Virus record (IMG/VR): IMGVR_UViG_3300030222_000026
Coordinates: 1-54,646 of that record
DNA length: 54,646 nt
Reading direction: 5' to 3' (one strand)
Origin: a virus
Taxonomy: Duplodnaviria; Caudoviricetes
The translations under genes were made by a program, and so were the position numbers. The notes under the pieces were generated by a model. It was not told the DNA's origin, did no database searches, and was given only the letters and a program-made list of their open reading frames with translations. Below are positions 19,301-28,095 of the stretch, in pieces. Positions within the stretch are counted from its first letter, which is position 1. Every line of letters starts with the position of its first letter.

Positions 19301-20589
19301 GTCTCCGTCAGGAGCGCGTCCAGCATGGCCATGTCTTCCTCGAAGACGCCAGCCCGCTTGCGGGCGCGCTCGAGAGCATCCAGCTTATTGCTGCCCTCAT
19401 CCTTGATGATCTGGGCAAGCTCGTTCTCGGTGCGCTGCTGGAACTCGAGGGCCATGCGAACGTTGGCGAGACGGCGCTTCACCTCGTCGAGATAGTCCGG
19501 GTCGGCGTCAGCCTCCTCGCCAAACTCGACCTGACGCCGGTATTCGTTGAGAAGCTCACGCAGCTTGGCCTGATGCTGTTTCAGCTTGAGACTGTCTGCC
19601 TCGCGGGCCTCGGCGGCAGCGCGTTCCGCCTCCATCTCCGCAGTCTGCTCGGGCGTCAGATCCTCCTGAGGGGCATCGGAACGCGAGGCCAGGACGGCAG
19701 GAGACGGGGGGCGCTGGTTCTGGACGACCTGCCTGACCTCGCCCAGCGTCATGTCCATCAGTTCAGTGGGGCGATAGCCAAGGTCGATGGCCTGGTCATA
19801 TGCCTTACTCGCCTGGGAGCGGCCAATCGCACCGCCCGCAGCGCCGAGGATCGAGCCGACACCGGCACCCATCAGAGCACCAAGGGTGACATCCTCAAGG
19901 ACAGCCATACCCGAGACGCCGTCCTGAAGCCCAAGCTCGGATCGCATCGACTGTTGACCAACAGAGGCAAGACCCTCCGCCGCGCCGCTGATCAGGCCCT
20001 CGACCTTCGCGCCGTGGAGCGCACCCTCCTTCAGGGCGCGACCAACGGTGAAAGACTCCCCAAGAGAGCGCGCGGCCAGGAGGCCCTTGCCCACTTTCGC
20101 CGATGCGCTAACAGCAGGGATGACGTTGAGCGGGTCGGTAATGACGCCCTCGGCAATTGAGGGTACGGCAGACAGGCCGCGCCCCCCCTCGGAGAACATG
20201 CCGGGGTATTTTTCGGAAACCTGCTGAAGGCGCGCGAGCGCCGCCTTGCGCTCTTCGGAGGAGTTGGCTGCGTCCGCGAGAGAGCCAGTCGCACCAACGA
20301 AGTTGCCAACGGAGTTGAAGGTGCGCCTGTTGAAATTGTCGAGAACGAGGTCGCGAAGCTCCTCGCGCGTCTTTCCCTCGGCATCAACCCCGAATGCGGT
20401 TCGAACGTCCTCGAAGAAACGAGGGTCGTTCATCAACTCATCAGGGATACGGGCGCGTTCTGTGTAATCGCCCGGATCAGATTGCACACTTTGGCTGGGC
20501 TGCTGCTCCCGGAGTCGGCGACGGTATTCGCTGACGGATACACCTGCGGCTTCGGCAGCGCGGGAAAGCGCAAGAAAATCTTCGGACAA
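10390..20589 (-). CDS. Giant internal virion / polyvalent protein (3399 aa)
   Basis: Last ejection-module gene; HEIFH zincin motif, ART-like FGPGVY segment, E3-binding-like motif, C-terminal region resembling podophage internal virion proteins. Confidence 0.8.
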   Translation of the reverse strand: MSEDFLALSRAAEAAGVSVSEYRRRLREQQPSQSVQSDPGDYTERARIPDELMNDPRFFEDVRTAFGVDAEGKTREELRDLVLDNFNRRTFNSVGNFVGATGSLADAANSSEERKAALARLQQVSEKYPGMFSEGGRGLSAVPSIAEGVITDPLNVIPAVSASAKVGKGLLAARSLGESFTVGRALKEGALHGAKVEGLISGAAEGLASVGQQSMRSELGLQDGVSGMAVLEDVTLGALMGAGVGSILGAAGGAIGRSQASKAYDQAIDLGYRPTELMDMTLGEVRQVVQNQRPPSPAVLASRSDAPQEDLTPEQTAEMEAERAAAEAREADSLKLKQHQAKLRELLNEYRRQVEFGEEADADPDYLDEVKRRLANVRMALEFQQRTENELAQIIKDEGSNKLDALERARKRAGVFEEDMAMLDALLTETVPEDYGAFIRQRLEERKARAEQQKAQQAEQQKEAKKGGEPRRGQAARTTAKGEGAEAPTEAPTEAARGTGSQEGVTAPDERPTEQVTEQVPDSTPVDEGLDDAGTLDDFVARLAELERAEAEAGAAPTGVIPPEVPPKATTSSVTREQVRRFADANLVDLDDVTPTGKDGKVTQGDIRKYLAQETPERVAEEDFATNVRATTERLVERLDEMPEEIRASFRDDPSMIARAVAQELGVSDDAKQYAKIERYVRSAKEAGVEEGSAPIKLSKAEYERQQTEKRLAREKARKIERLTMETMRDNPDMPEIIARDRATKAVERAASVSDTGRTRSAQSSIERKSIYATEDTQKNIQSFMRPGRSYTSKETGEEYSTDRGMAPTESEANYQNVATRDEANVIAQSKDLPAAFIATRQTKTVDSPKVSPSGSMLWVSPNGKVFKNWRNVYSAMGLESPTKAPKHILDEVNRAAPTEQNRVRNIQKKALDDYAAGKISVEKMLARVKRAERKMASVDTPIDMPDLVDDQGRRLLLTLKKDPSLTILASKSDIDAKRTAQDLVGTKQDLEDWTATYVDPDTPNTAVGKKAASSGKPQTPAITRYEERTAMNFADFESAILSPEKLTEEDWSTLRVAAGLQVKSGDAVAYIDGLRASGGGVNGRTIQRLLTNIELGAHRRLKGAHKFMSKWPTSLDAQRELLALVQRLTEMRSRLAPYGVALPEADRTIALAEIELIFSSFGSEQVKTAKEFVDRLASRALPRFAQDASMKAAAETATGGLRGDRIGQVSFNTSRIAKGDTPPTATLFHEIFHWAWVHVMSDADKASVMESLGKYYDANGVFSPLDVFKRSPIEAVNGRAVGVLNALDSPAEFLANQFAMWATREVRGDAQRSIWQKATYYIKAVFDRFFAKTSIDPDLVPHFARLLPERKRKMAEIEARKLDSASGAGDALPDAADTTDDVDDTPTPPSPSTDRRTGKKVKPGLNSDEKKDGERRTGPIENWVRDYTEEELLELAPEERASYVRVLKNHSRRLQYLDELWDDAVANRDVPDKAIQAAKETLSYLYGSTFSKKQMASIMRRAAERAGTPLQSQYGEAGVLYAYHAGGKNRLAAHGRNKAHDIARILAGREVVGISDAKEVTKDPFTKKNSNALDHAAASVRDLDSDSLKVGARPEEVADRLMELFLYGKKKVGSGERAEGSSLSDWLNLAHKSLDTSFERNGARAKYTPASLEKKYLDRTKDAKDAKVAVIGNDRKKFHDVRIGDPFLHKTDDFVARVIGFEDSPEIGRFAIAKIDGSEATIEISSETVEEFKRAESRSEREVRLAQEGRTTVEHMERASKSLRERAAEVRARRRKKVDEVAVQNTGRKTAPIRPASDAQSMTSATAMSETELERVIEANETDQADRYAEALETAKRTKVIINPYMKDGAPLRKGASIQDIDDLVATVDEAFRLGDEDVDAYALELASRNNGNPIISFAEPTVLDAIEREKSFDTFASSERGVPGNIDQSTRQVLISIAHREKRTEYTARKAALRFLNLADKGDPLDAERVKNLLGFESEPFVDGLFVATGNEAHKRFVETFRQIGSGLSGRNGDSAEAINRLSEIAARLDGDNWVEQVTSFFPEEARNIARENPEEAISVADMWVRKAVHHRLHNSMNEAAPLPPMAPSSGNASSPDDFISRIIDRVGYMANGLMSEPVAKTNARLTWYGNPFSGDLVPRAYLPANNILTPGQARFAIDDVMSAPPSRKREMSLFAGEDISGKTAPVMFYRISAKSKAAKTDSPSIVSMNKEFGPGVYLQAVPSNSIPLLRDDAVVTGEVTEKIRLLQETREFLNKASSGTGPSASKSISDALDREAALMEDLKDVLHDDYVVPVIARTTSLLDLGAPVSLSEDGYPKIVSLLLETVASGRYKGTAPQKMTKALESFAAMVRDQAEEIDTLPTNYLLYERLSKATSRTAASNLFRASGYRGFNAIDSTVLFDPSDVKLTAEPEFFEEFAHPTGTPIRPSGPVLNRTVDGDASGIDDAKATIILSSISKAEPLRDVQHAIGNFVRKRAPSDADQRAVIRLTKNNGNRGLVRGMLDMLPGGRAIGNFAEGVFRSNPNTLRVFNAHWLAGKFDTYFQRSTQITNRLLHGGLQDKGPLKILRTLPDSSGSVKHALHRWYRRATADAAGTRKFGADQPESHKRIFRWLSQRGSVDPQRNKRNWNAMSSEEQRAAQAIADHLARTHDAMRRIDPRIGFIKDYFPQLWSVHKIHKSTEDRERFTSLLRDHFLDASLREGNPLGREETEEIARRTVLKILDDESEGLMVPGRGASRNSAAENLDGSRAIRLDNSDTSMALREFLEDDLEAVMVKYYDQAGRRIHQIETFGIGSHGAYDYLKVMQDGTAGAVQLLTTKKVFQSTKRARDESGNMEEVVFLDTFNMPFEGKEQEAAQVIREVEEALADPGLGEPVARNILMKYQPVDQANGEPSLFYERRVEAILAALSDFDGDPHLITNDAAHFIERLMKVSNRKTLSDHEGMLKFSRGMRNFNLVTLLGFTTLTSLGDPVLPLIRSGNMSAYAKALRRFASDPVYREMLENIGVAGESILHDRLAYMWGASDGRFTNAFFNATGLTPWTDVNRRFAGAVAIETFKAAQKKAHDAWVDGVPFHQQPAKVKRAYRTLKNYGLEGFTHRSAPMIDSPDVLEGRYTNEAIGIADSDAARVAVIKFADESIFAPNPADIPIWGQTPLGAMIFQLKSFPLMMMRMSKEIIVDDVKLALYDMLGKKPPSNLKGTGDLRRAMWLLTAAPAAGMGSLAVKDIVQGRGGERDDPDFALRERRFSDWNPLMSEPMDDETIDMYAGWVVEGFTHAAGFGLLLEMIHDVVSQTDNGAYGQVRVASTLFGPSVSTGVGAFNVASGGLDALLDRTPDSNSTERRGVRSIAERVPVLGGVKPVREMMVDLAAGEAERTRQRQSAKIDPSTLDFIDYTRDTE

Positions 20590-20651
20590 CGGGAGGCTCC
20601 ATCGTTGTGTGATTTTGATGGAGGCTAGGTACGAGACAGAGTCCTGTCGTC

Positions 20652-22781
20652 CTATTGGTTCCTTCCACCCCCGCCGCGACGCTCGATCCGTTCGCGATCA
20701 GGAGTGGCGCGAAACCAGCCGCCAAGAGGGATTGCATCCTGCCTCTCAGCCCCGCCGCCACGCTTGTCCATCCGGTCCTGTCGACGCGCGTCGATATCGG
20801 CCTCCCGCTGACGGACGGCTTCCGCATCGCGCGCTTCAAGGGCTTTTCTGATTGCGACCTCTTTCGCGTCAGCCGCCTCACGGAGACGCTGGATCTGCTG
20901 CTCCGCATTGGTCATGGTGGTGGACACAATGCGGTTGAAGCGATCATCGTCCCAGACGCCGCCGACCTCGGACTGCCACATGTTGCGGTGCTTGCGAGCA
21001 AAGCTGGCGTTGTCCAGATAGGCTTCGAGTTCACGCTCCATGCTGTCAGCCATTTTGCGAAGCTGATCCACCGCCTCGGGCGTCGCCGTCGCTGTCCTGG
21101 TCGATTGGGAAACCATGTCGCCCATCATGGAGACAAGGTTGGAACTGATGGCCTCAAGACCGTTGATGTAGGCGTCGGCGGGCATGTTGCTCTTGGGGAG
21201 TGTGTCACGCTGGCGCATCAGGCGAGACTTGGTCTCTCCGATCTTGCGGAGACCTGCCGTGGTGCTGATGTGATTGTAGATCCCCGCAACATCCTGCGGT
21301 TCGATGCCAGCGTCGCTGAGAGACTGCTCGGTGATGGCACCGAGAATGCGCATGCGCGCGCCGGAGTCGGAGACGATATCGAAATCATTCGCCAGGCTCG
21401 GGAGAACTTGGGCAACGGCGGGGCCGTAGTCGCCAGAGAGGGCGTCACCCTTGGCAACCGCCTCGGAGATGCCAAGGACAATACCCTTCGCCCGCTCGCC
21501 AAGCTCCGAGAGGCGCGTGTCGACGAAGCCGTCGCGGAAAGCGGAATAGCCAACGCGCGCCTTGTTCTCGCGGGCCGCAACAATCTCGTTGATCGTGGCC
21601 TCCACCTGATCGGGGCGGAAATCGTCGAGAGACAGATTGGGGTTCTCAAGGCGAAGACGGTTCGCGAGGGCTGCACGAACTTCAGCAAAACTCTGCCCAC
21701 GCGTGCCAAAGACCATGTCAGGGTCATTGACAAGGCTCGACGCGGCGGATTTGAGGATGTCGCTCTGTTTTCCGAGGTTGGCACTCATGAGCCTCGCACG
21801 CTCGCCAGCCTCATAGGCGCGCAGTTGGCGCATCTGCTCCGGAGACAGTTCGCGGCCAGGTTGGTAGGGGTCGGTGCGACCAGACCCCACCCACACCTTG
21901 GCATTCTCCCGCTCTGCGTCCAGATCGGCGTCAGCATATCCCTCCGCCTCCTGCTCACGCTGCTTGAGGGTCCAATCGCGGTCCTCTGCCTTCTGCTCGG
22001 CGGTTCGGCGAGCCTCCGCCTGCTTGGCCTCGAGGCTCCTGATCAGACCCGTGCGCTTGAGTTCGAACTGGTTCGCTGCCTCCCCAAGAGGCAAAAGCGG
22101 CTTGTAAGCGCGAAGTCCTTCAAGGTCGCCGCTCTCGTAAAGATCGTTGAGAGTGGCGCGCTCCGACTCGAAATTGGTGGCTGCGGATTTCAGCCGCTCA
22201 GCCTGAAGCGTCGCCTCCACCTGAGACTGGATGCCCTGAATGACGCCGCTCGGAGCGTTGGGCAGGACTGACTTGATGTCGAAGCTCGGGTCCACACGCA
22301 TGCGATTGATGATCGAGGGGGTATAGTCGTTGACCAGCTTCATGCGCTGCCGCTCGCGGATCGGAGACAGACCCTTCGGGTACATGCGGTGGAACATGTC
22401 TCGGATCTCCGGTGTGTCCCCCATCTGGCCGATGATCGTGTCGCGAATGGCCAGGTCGTTGTCTTCCTGGAGGACCATATTGTCGACCATGGACGCAATC
22501 GAGTTCTGAAGCGACGTTTGCTGCTGGGCGAACTGCGCACGCTCAAGGTTCAGAGCGCGCTCGCGTTCGCGTTGGGCTCTTTCGTATTGGTGGCGGAGGA
22601 TCTGCTCAGACGTCACAGAGCCAGGGCGACCGCCCGTCACGCGGTTGAGTTGGTCGACCCACATGTCCCAGGTCGCGTCAGGGTTCGACTTGCGCCAAGC
22701 CTCGAAGGCTTGCGCGTTGTTGACGCGACGCGCCTGCGACTGCTGGAAGGCCGTGTTGTAGTTGGCCCAGAAGGAAGACAT
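20652..22781 (-). CDS. Internal virion (ejection) protein
   Basis: Helical, Q/R/A-rich; position in the module. Confidence 0.6.
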   Translation of the reverse strand: MSSFWANYNTAFQQSQARRVNNAQAFEAWRKSNPDATWDMWVDQLNRVTGGRPGSVTSEQILRHQYERAQRERERALNLERAQFAQQQTSLQNSIASMVDNMVLQEDNDLAIRDTIIGQMGDTPEIRDMFHRMYPKGLSPIRERQRMKLVNDYTPSIINRMRVDPSFDIKSVLPNAPSGVIQGIQSQVEATLQAERLKSAATNFESERATLNDLYESGDLEGLRAYKPLLPLGEAANQFELKRTGLIRSLEAKQAEARRTAEQKAEDRDWTLKQREQEAEGYADADLDAERENAKVWVGSGRTDPYQPGRELSPEQMRQLRAYEAGERARLMSANLGKQSDILKSAASSLVNDPDMVFGTRGQSFAEVRAALANRLRLENPNLSLDDFRPDQVEATINEIVAARENKARVGYSAFRDGFVDTRLSELGERAKGIVLGISEAVAKGDALSGDYGPAVAQVLPSLANDFDIVSDSGARMRILGAITEQSLSDAGIEPQDVAGIYNHISTTAGLRKIGETKSRLMRQRDTLPKSNMPADAYINGLEAISSNLVSMMGDMVSQSTRTATATPEAVDQLRKMADSMERELEAYLDNASFARKHRNMWQSEVGGVWDDDRFNRIVSTTMTNAEQQIQRLREAADAKEVAIRKALEARDAEAVRQREADIDARRQDRMDKRGGGAERQDAIPLGGWFRATPDRERIERRGGGGRNQ

Positions 22782-22795
22782 GGGAACCGCCCTCC

Positions 22796-24325
22796 TCAGA
22801 TGTCACCGTAGGACCGCCTGTAGGGCGGTCGTGCCACGGGGGTGGGTGCGTAGGCGGGCGTGCCGACAGGGCCAGATGGGCGGGACCAGTTGCTGCCCCA
22901 TCCACCCTCGGAGAGAAACCCATCGAGAGCGCCGCCAACGCCACCGAGAGTGCCGACACCCGCATTCATCATGTTGGAGGCATTCTGCGCCCAACTTTCC
23001 GGATTGTAATGGCCAGGGATGTTGGATTGGAGGCTCGCGGCATTGCTGAGGTAGCCTTGCGGGCTGGAAATATTCCACGCCGCAGGGCCGACTGCGCGTG
23101 TGCCAGCGTCATAGACAAACGCTTCCGCGACGGAGGGGGCCATATAGTTGGACATCCCGGAGCCAATGCCGCCCTGCGTGAAGGTCGCCGAGTTGACGGA
23201 GACAGGGGCACGGAAGTTGTTCGCGGACTGAACCCCGCGCGCCGACATGCCTGTCCCGATGGGAACCGGGGCCGAATAATCGTTCGCGGACCCGACGCCC
23301 GTATTGGCCTGTAGCATGGCTTCGATGGGTGCGAAGCGCATGTTCATGATTTCGTTCGCCGAACGGTCGCGGGCCTGGGCCATCGCGTTCCAGCCCATCA
23401 TCTCGTTCTCATTCAGGCCAGTGATGTAGGACATCGCCTGCTGGATCGCACCAAGACGCGCACGCTCATATTCGGGGGCCATGCGCGCGCCGACATCAGC
23501 CCGCGCCGACTGGCCAATCGAAGAGTTCTCGAGGCCGCGCGTCATCAAGGACGCCTCGTTCTGAGAGGCAATACGGTCAACGGCACGGTCGACATCCTGC
23601 ACGTTCAGAGCCTCGTAGCGTGAGAGCATCTGCTCGAAGTCCTCACGGCCAAGGAGGTCGGGGGCAACAAGTGGGCCGAGAGTCTCGTAGGCAGACTCGA
23701 TCTCGGTGCTCATGTTGTCGAGACGGCGAATGATGTCGTCGCGGAAAGCCAGATCGTCGAAGCGCTCCTGAGAGGCCACGGTCTGAGCGCGGTAGAGTTC
23801 CTCGACTGCAAATTCACGCTCCAGACGGGCCGTGAGATCCTCCTCCGCCCGACGACGGAGATCCTCATCCCGCTCCCCCTCGGCAACCGCTCGGGCCTGC
23901 TCGAGTTGCGCAATCGCGAAATCACGCTCCTCCTCGGCAAGCTGAGTGTTGCGCAGGTATTGCTCAAGCATGAATTTCTGCTGCTTGGCCGCGTCCTTGT
24001 CGGCCCGGACCTGCCGGTCGATCTCGTAGGCACGCTCCCGCTTGGCCTGCTCGAGACGCTGCTCGTAACGGTCATTGCGGAGTTCGTATTCCTGGCGGGC
24101 GAACTCGGCATTCTCCTCGCGGATCATGCGGTTGTAGCGTTCCTGCTCCCGCTCGCGGCGAAGCTGGTCAAGGCCAAGGCCATAGTTGAGCACAGCCATG
24201 TCACGCTGATCGCGAAGAGCCTTTCGCCTCAACTGAAGCTCCTGCATCGCGATAGCGTTCGACTGGCTCGCCGCCGCGAACTGAAGCCCCGCACCAGCGA
24301 GGCCAAGGATTGCGCCAAAAGGCAT
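22796..24325 (-). CDS. Internal virion / pilot protein
   Basis: Gly/Ala hydrophobic N-terminus (GAILGLAGAGL), coiled coil, Gly-rich C-terminus. Confidence 0.6.
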   Translation of the reverse strand: MPFGAILGLAGAGLQFAAASQSNAIAMQELQLRRKALRDQRDMAVLNYGLGLDQLRREREQERYNRMIREENAEFARQEYELRNDRYEQRLEQAKRERAYEIDRQVRADKDAAKQQKFMLEQYLRNTQLAEEERDFAIAQLEQARAVAEGERDEDLRRRAEEDLTARLEREFAVEELYRAQTVASQERFDDLAFRDDIIRRLDNMSTEIESAYETLGPLVAPDLLGREDFEQMLSRYEALNVQDVDRAVDRIASQNEASLMTRGLENSSIGQSARADVGARMAPEYERARLGAIQQAMSYITGLNENEMMGWNAMAQARDRSANEIMNMRFAPIEAMLQANTGVGSANDYSAPVPIGTGMSARGVQSANNFRAPVSVNSATFTQGGIGSGMSNYMAPSVAEAFVYDAGTRAVGPAAWNISSPQGYLSNAASLQSNIPGHYNPESWAQNASNMMNAGVGTLGGVGGALDGFLSEGGWGSNWSRPSGPVGTPAYAPTPVARPPYRRSYGDI

Positions 24326-24331
24326 GTCAGG

Positions 24332-26125
24332 TCAGAGCCTCAAGATGTTGCCAGAGAAACCGGAGCGCAGGTTCGAGAGTTCCTCCTCCTCCTCGATGCC
24401 AGCCAGAAGAGCCAGATACTCCTCCGGGCTTAGGGAACCGTTGGAGACACCCTGCAAGAGTTGCTCGGCAGTCTGTGTGGCTGCCTGCGTCGGCGTAGAC
24501 GATGCAAGAAGGTCGTTCTGAAGGCGAGCACGCTCCGTGGCCAAGCGGTCCCTGTACTGAGCAAGCTCGTCCGTCGCCGAAGTCGCGCCATACTGGTCAA
24601 TGAGAGCCTGAAGTTCCGACGCGCGAGCGTCATACTGATTGAAGTCCGACACGTCGTAGAAGGGCGTCCCGCTGAGCGCTTCAAGCTCGGACTGAAGATC
24701 CGACTCGATACCAGTGCGATAATCAGCCAGATCGTCCAGACGGCCACGGGTGGCGTTCAGGGCGCTCTCGAGATCAAAGCCGATCTGCTGAGCGTCCATG
24801 CCAGAGAAGCGGCCAAGGTTGCCCTGAAGAGACTGAAGGTCGGACAGAGCCGAGTTGAAGGCGTCTTCCTCGTAGAGGTTGGCCGAGTTCACACCGGAAA
24901 GAAGATCGTCGATCTGTGTATCGTAGCCAGACAGCGTGTTCTGGCGCTGAGCCAAAAGCTGGTCGATGGCCGACTGCGCACCCGTCAGGCGCTCGACCTC
25001 GTTGCCGAAGTCGAAGTCAAGTTCGGACGTGAAGTCGTTCAGGTCGTTCAGCCCCTCACGTGTCTGACGCTTCAGACTGTTCAGACGCCCGAGGTCGTAC
25101 ATGTCGACGGTGTCGAGCGTGTCCTCGAGGTTCATGGCAGCCTGACGCGCGGCATCCTGAGACATCTGGATGCGACGAAGCTCGGCCTGCCGGTCAGATC
25201 GAAGACCGGACAGGCGATCTTCGAGAGACTGGTAGTTGTTGAGCGAGTTCGTGAAGTCGAAGTCCAGTTCGGAGTCAAAACGGGACGCATCAAGCTGACG
25301 CTGGTCGATGGCCCGCTGGAGGTCCGTGATCCCCTGCTCGTCTGCAATTGTCAGGCCGGAGAACTGGTCGTCCAGCGTGTCATAGCCAGAACGGAGATTG
25401 TCCCGGTAGCCGGAAATCCGGTCGAGTTCGGTCTGACGACGACCGCGCAGATCGTCCAAACCCGAACGCGCCTGCGTCTCACGCTGCTGGAGCGTCGTGA
25501 AACCGCCAGGGTAGAGTTGGTCAAGAATGTTCGAGGTAAAGGTCGAGCGGCGCGTGTTGATGTCGCCAAGCGTCGAGGACAGGGCGTTCATCTGACCAAC
25601 GTCACGGATCGAGAGGTTCTCGAGTTGATTGTTGACGTTGTTCAGTTCACCGAGAAGGCCAGTGCGGAACGCGCCGACGCGCCCCTCCTCTTGGGTCCGG
25701 TCCTCGCGCAGACGCGATAGGTCGCCAGCGTAGTCGGTCAGACCAGAGGTGATCGAGTTCTTGATGCGATTATCGACCTGCGTCAGCGTCGGGCTCTCGA
25801 CAGTGACAGCGCCATATGGAGACTGAACGGAGGAACTCCATTCTGGAGCAGGCGTGTCGAACGACATGAGGTTCATCTGGTTCTGAAGACCAGTGAGTTC
25901 ATCCTCGAAGGAGCCGAAGCGGTCGACATCGCGGATGGTGAGGTCGTCCAAGCGCCCACCAAAGTCGTTCACACGGTTCAGGTTCGTGCGCAGGAGGTCG
26001 TTGTGCCCCTGAACCTGGCGATTGTAGGCATTCGCTCGCTGCTGGCGATTGGCGGCCTCCGCTGCGGCAAATTCGGCACGCTCTTGCGTGTAATCGGGTT
26101 CAGGCGGGGGAGTCTTCGATCCCAT
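24332..26125 (-). CDS. Coiled-coil virion protein with internal repeats
   Basis: MGSKTPPPEPDY start; repeated L(T/S)I(R/A)D and F(D/T)SELDFDF. Confidence 0.6.
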   Translation of the reverse strand: MGSKTPPPEPDYTQERAEFAAAEAANRQQRANAYNRQVQGHNDLLRTNLNRVNDFGGRLDDLTIRDVDRFGSFEDELTGLQNQMNLMSFDTPAPEWSSSVQSPYGAVTVESPTLTQVDNRIKNSITSGLTDYAGDLSRLREDRTQEEGRVGAFRTGLLGELNNVNNQLENLSIRDVGQMNALSSTLGDINTRRSTFTSNILDQLYPGGFTTLQQRETQARSGLDDLRGRRQTELDRISGYRDNLRSGYDTLDDQFSGLTIADEQGITDLQRAIDQRQLDASRFDSELDFDFTNSLNNYQSLEDRLSGLRSDRQAELRRIQMSQDAARQAAMNLEDTLDTVDMYDLGRLNSLKRQTREGLNDLNDFTSELDFDFGNEVERLTGAQSAIDQLLAQRQNTLSGYDTQIDDLLSGVNSANLYEEDAFNSALSDLQSLQGNLGRFSGMDAQQIGFDLESALNATRGRLDDLADYRTGIESDLQSELEALSGTPFYDVSDFNQYDARASELQALIDQYGATSATDELAQYRDRLATERARLQNDLLASSTPTQAATQTAEQLLQGVSNGSLSPEEYLALLAGIEEEEELSNLRSGFSGNILRL

Positions 26126-26137
26126 CGGGAAGCTCCA

Positions 26138-26551
26138 TCAGTCGAGAAACGGACACTCCCGACGAAGCATTCCGTAGACAATCAGGTCGTCCTCTCCCAT
26201 GGGGCCACACTCGGGAAGGCAGCCGTGCTCACGGAAGCCCATCCCTTCGGCCAGCTTGCGGGCGCGGCGGTTGAGCTTGGGGGTGAGCGTATAGATGTAG
26301 CGCTTACCCAAGGTGTCGAAGAGAACCTCGGAGACCTTCCGGCAGTTGGCAGGTGTGCACCAGCGCGGGGATGCCGAATAGATGCCAAGGCCCGTAGAGT
26401 GCTCTTTCACATCGTGAAGGCTGATGCCGCAAATGAGTTCGCCGTCCTTGTTGACGAAGCCGAAGGCCATCTGGCCATCCTGCGGCGTCTCGTTGAGATT
26501 TTCCGCCACCCAATTGGCGACGAAGCCCGATGTGTCGCGGATCAGTTCCAT
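26138..26551 (-). CDS. GNAT-family acetyltransferase-like protein
   Basis: NRRARKLAEGMGFREHG motif; sits between tail and ejection genes as in other podoviruses. Confidence 0.7.
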   Translation of the reverse strand: MELIRDTSGFVANWVAENLNETPQDGQMAFGFVNKDGELICGISLHDVKEHSTGLGIYSASPRWCTPANCRKVSEVLFDTLGKRYIYTLTPKLNRRARKLAEGMGFREHGCLPECGPMGEDDLIVYGMLRRECPFLD

Positions 26552-26553
26552 CG

Positions 26554-28095
26554 TCACTCCAGAATTTCGACCGAGAAGGAGACCGACAAGGTGTTGGCCG
26601 AAGACGCCGAGGAGACTTCGACCGCCAGAATTTTGGAGGCCATCGTGCTGTCGATCTCGATCAGGGTCGAAAGGGGCTGGTCGAGAACGGTCGACGAGAC
26701 CGCATAGACAGCGCCAACGAGGGTGCCCGCAACCTTCACCTGGATCTGACAAGAGCCAGAGGCCAATTGCGCGGAAATGCCAGTGAGGCGAATGCGCGTC
26801 TTGTAGGTGTTCGTCACCGTGTAGGTGCCGTTGGTGACAGCGCCGGATTGCTGAAGGAAGTAATTCATGGTGCCCCGAACCTCGGGCATCTGACCCTCCG
26901 GGATCAGGCCCGAAGAGTCGAGAGACGGGACACCGTTCGCCGCCCCCTTCTGGGTCACGGGGATCAGGCCGGAAAGGTCAACGTTGGACAGTTCGAGGTT
27001 CGTGCCCGTGCCATTGACGCGCAGATATTGAAGCGCATTCGTCGCATTGAAGGGCGGGATAGACGACTCCGGAGAGGTCGCGATGTACTGAATGCCATCA
27101 TAGAAGCGAAGCACATTCGGCGTGACAGATGTATCCAGCCAGAGATCGCCAGTGGACGGGTCCAGGGGCTCAGTACCATTCACAGCAAGAACCGCCTTCC
27201 CACCAAGGTCGGTGACAAGGTTCGCGATCTTGGATTGGGGGATTTCGTCGTCGTCGATCCCGATCTTCAAATAGTCGATCTTGCCGGTGGCCGAATTGAC
27301 GTAGTTCTCCTCCGTCATCAGGCCCGTGATCGCGGTTTCGCCAGTGGCCTCGATGAGGAGCGTCGTCACCGTGTCCGTGTTCAGGACAGGCGAAGTGAAG
27401 GTGATCGTGTTGGTCCCAGGCTGCGTGGTGTAGTCGTAGGCCCCGCCCTCGCGCTGAAGAACGCCATTCTTGTAGACGTACAATTCATAGGCATTGGACG
27501 GGAAAACAAAGGCGAAGACCGACTGGCTCGACGCCGGAGTCGTGTCAACTCGCGTCGTCAGGATCGTGCTCTCCGCGCGAACCTTAAAGAAGGTGACGCT
27601 GTCATTGAGAGCGGGCGGAACGCTGAAAATCACCTGGTTGGTTCCAAGCGTATAGTCGAAAGCGCCACCCTCCCGCTGAAGAACGCCATTCAGAAAAACG
27701 AGAACCTCGTCCTCGGACGTGAAGGTGTAATCGAATGTGTCTTCGGAGTTGTCACCCGTGTAGTCCGTGCGGGATGTGATGACCGGAAGGATGACCGTTC
27801 CAGAGGAAACGCCGGGCTCGCCACGAAGAGCATCCAGCGAAACCAGGGTCTGCCATCCATCGCTGTCGTTCGTGTAGGTGCCAACGCGGTACTGAATGCC
27901 AGCGGAGGCGTCGTTGCGCAGTTCGAGAATGCCGGAGACTTCGCCACTCTCGTTGAAGATCAGAGCCATCAACTCCTTCAGCGTCTTGTTGCCACGCTCG
28001 CTGGCAACAAGGTAGCGAATGATGCTCTCGAACTCTTCGTTGATGCGAACCGAAGAGGCGTAGTTGCCAGGGTTGATCTGCTGGATGCGGGCCAT
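26554..28095 (-). CDS. Tail structural protein with tandem beta-domains
   Basis: Two NGVLQREGGA(F/Y)DYT repeats; KGAANGVPSLD; GDLWLDT. Confidence 0.65.
   Translation of the reverse strand: MARIQQINPGNYASSVRINEEFESIIRYLVASERGNKTLKELMALIFNESGEVSGILELRNDASAGIQYRVGTYTNDSDGWQTLVSLDALRGEPGVSSGTVILPVITSRTDYTGDNSEDTFDYTFTSEDEVLVFLNGVLQREGGAFDYTLGTNQVIFSVPPALNDSVTFFKVRAESTILTTRVDTTPASSQSVFAFVFPSNAYELYVYKNGVLQREGGAYDYTTQPGTNTITFTSPVLNTDTVTTLLIEATGETAITGLMTEENYVNSATGKIDYLKIGIDDDEIPQSKIANLVTDLGGKAVLAVNGTEPLDPSTGDLWLDTSVTPNVLRFYDGIQYIATSPESSIPPFNATNALQYLRVNGTGTNLELSNVDLSGLIPVTQKGAANGVPSLDSSGLIPEGQMPEVRGTMNYFLQQSGAVTNGTYTVTNTYKTRIRLTGISAQLASGSCQIQVKVAGTLVGAVYAVSSTVLDQPLSTLIEIDSTMASKILAVEVSSASSANTLSVSFSVEILE

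Noticed and set aside
27442-27691. Near-identical DNA repeat around GCTGAAGAACGCCATTC, as a possible DGR template/variable pair
   Set aside because: Explained by a tandem protein domain (NGVLQREGG); no reverse transcriptase present
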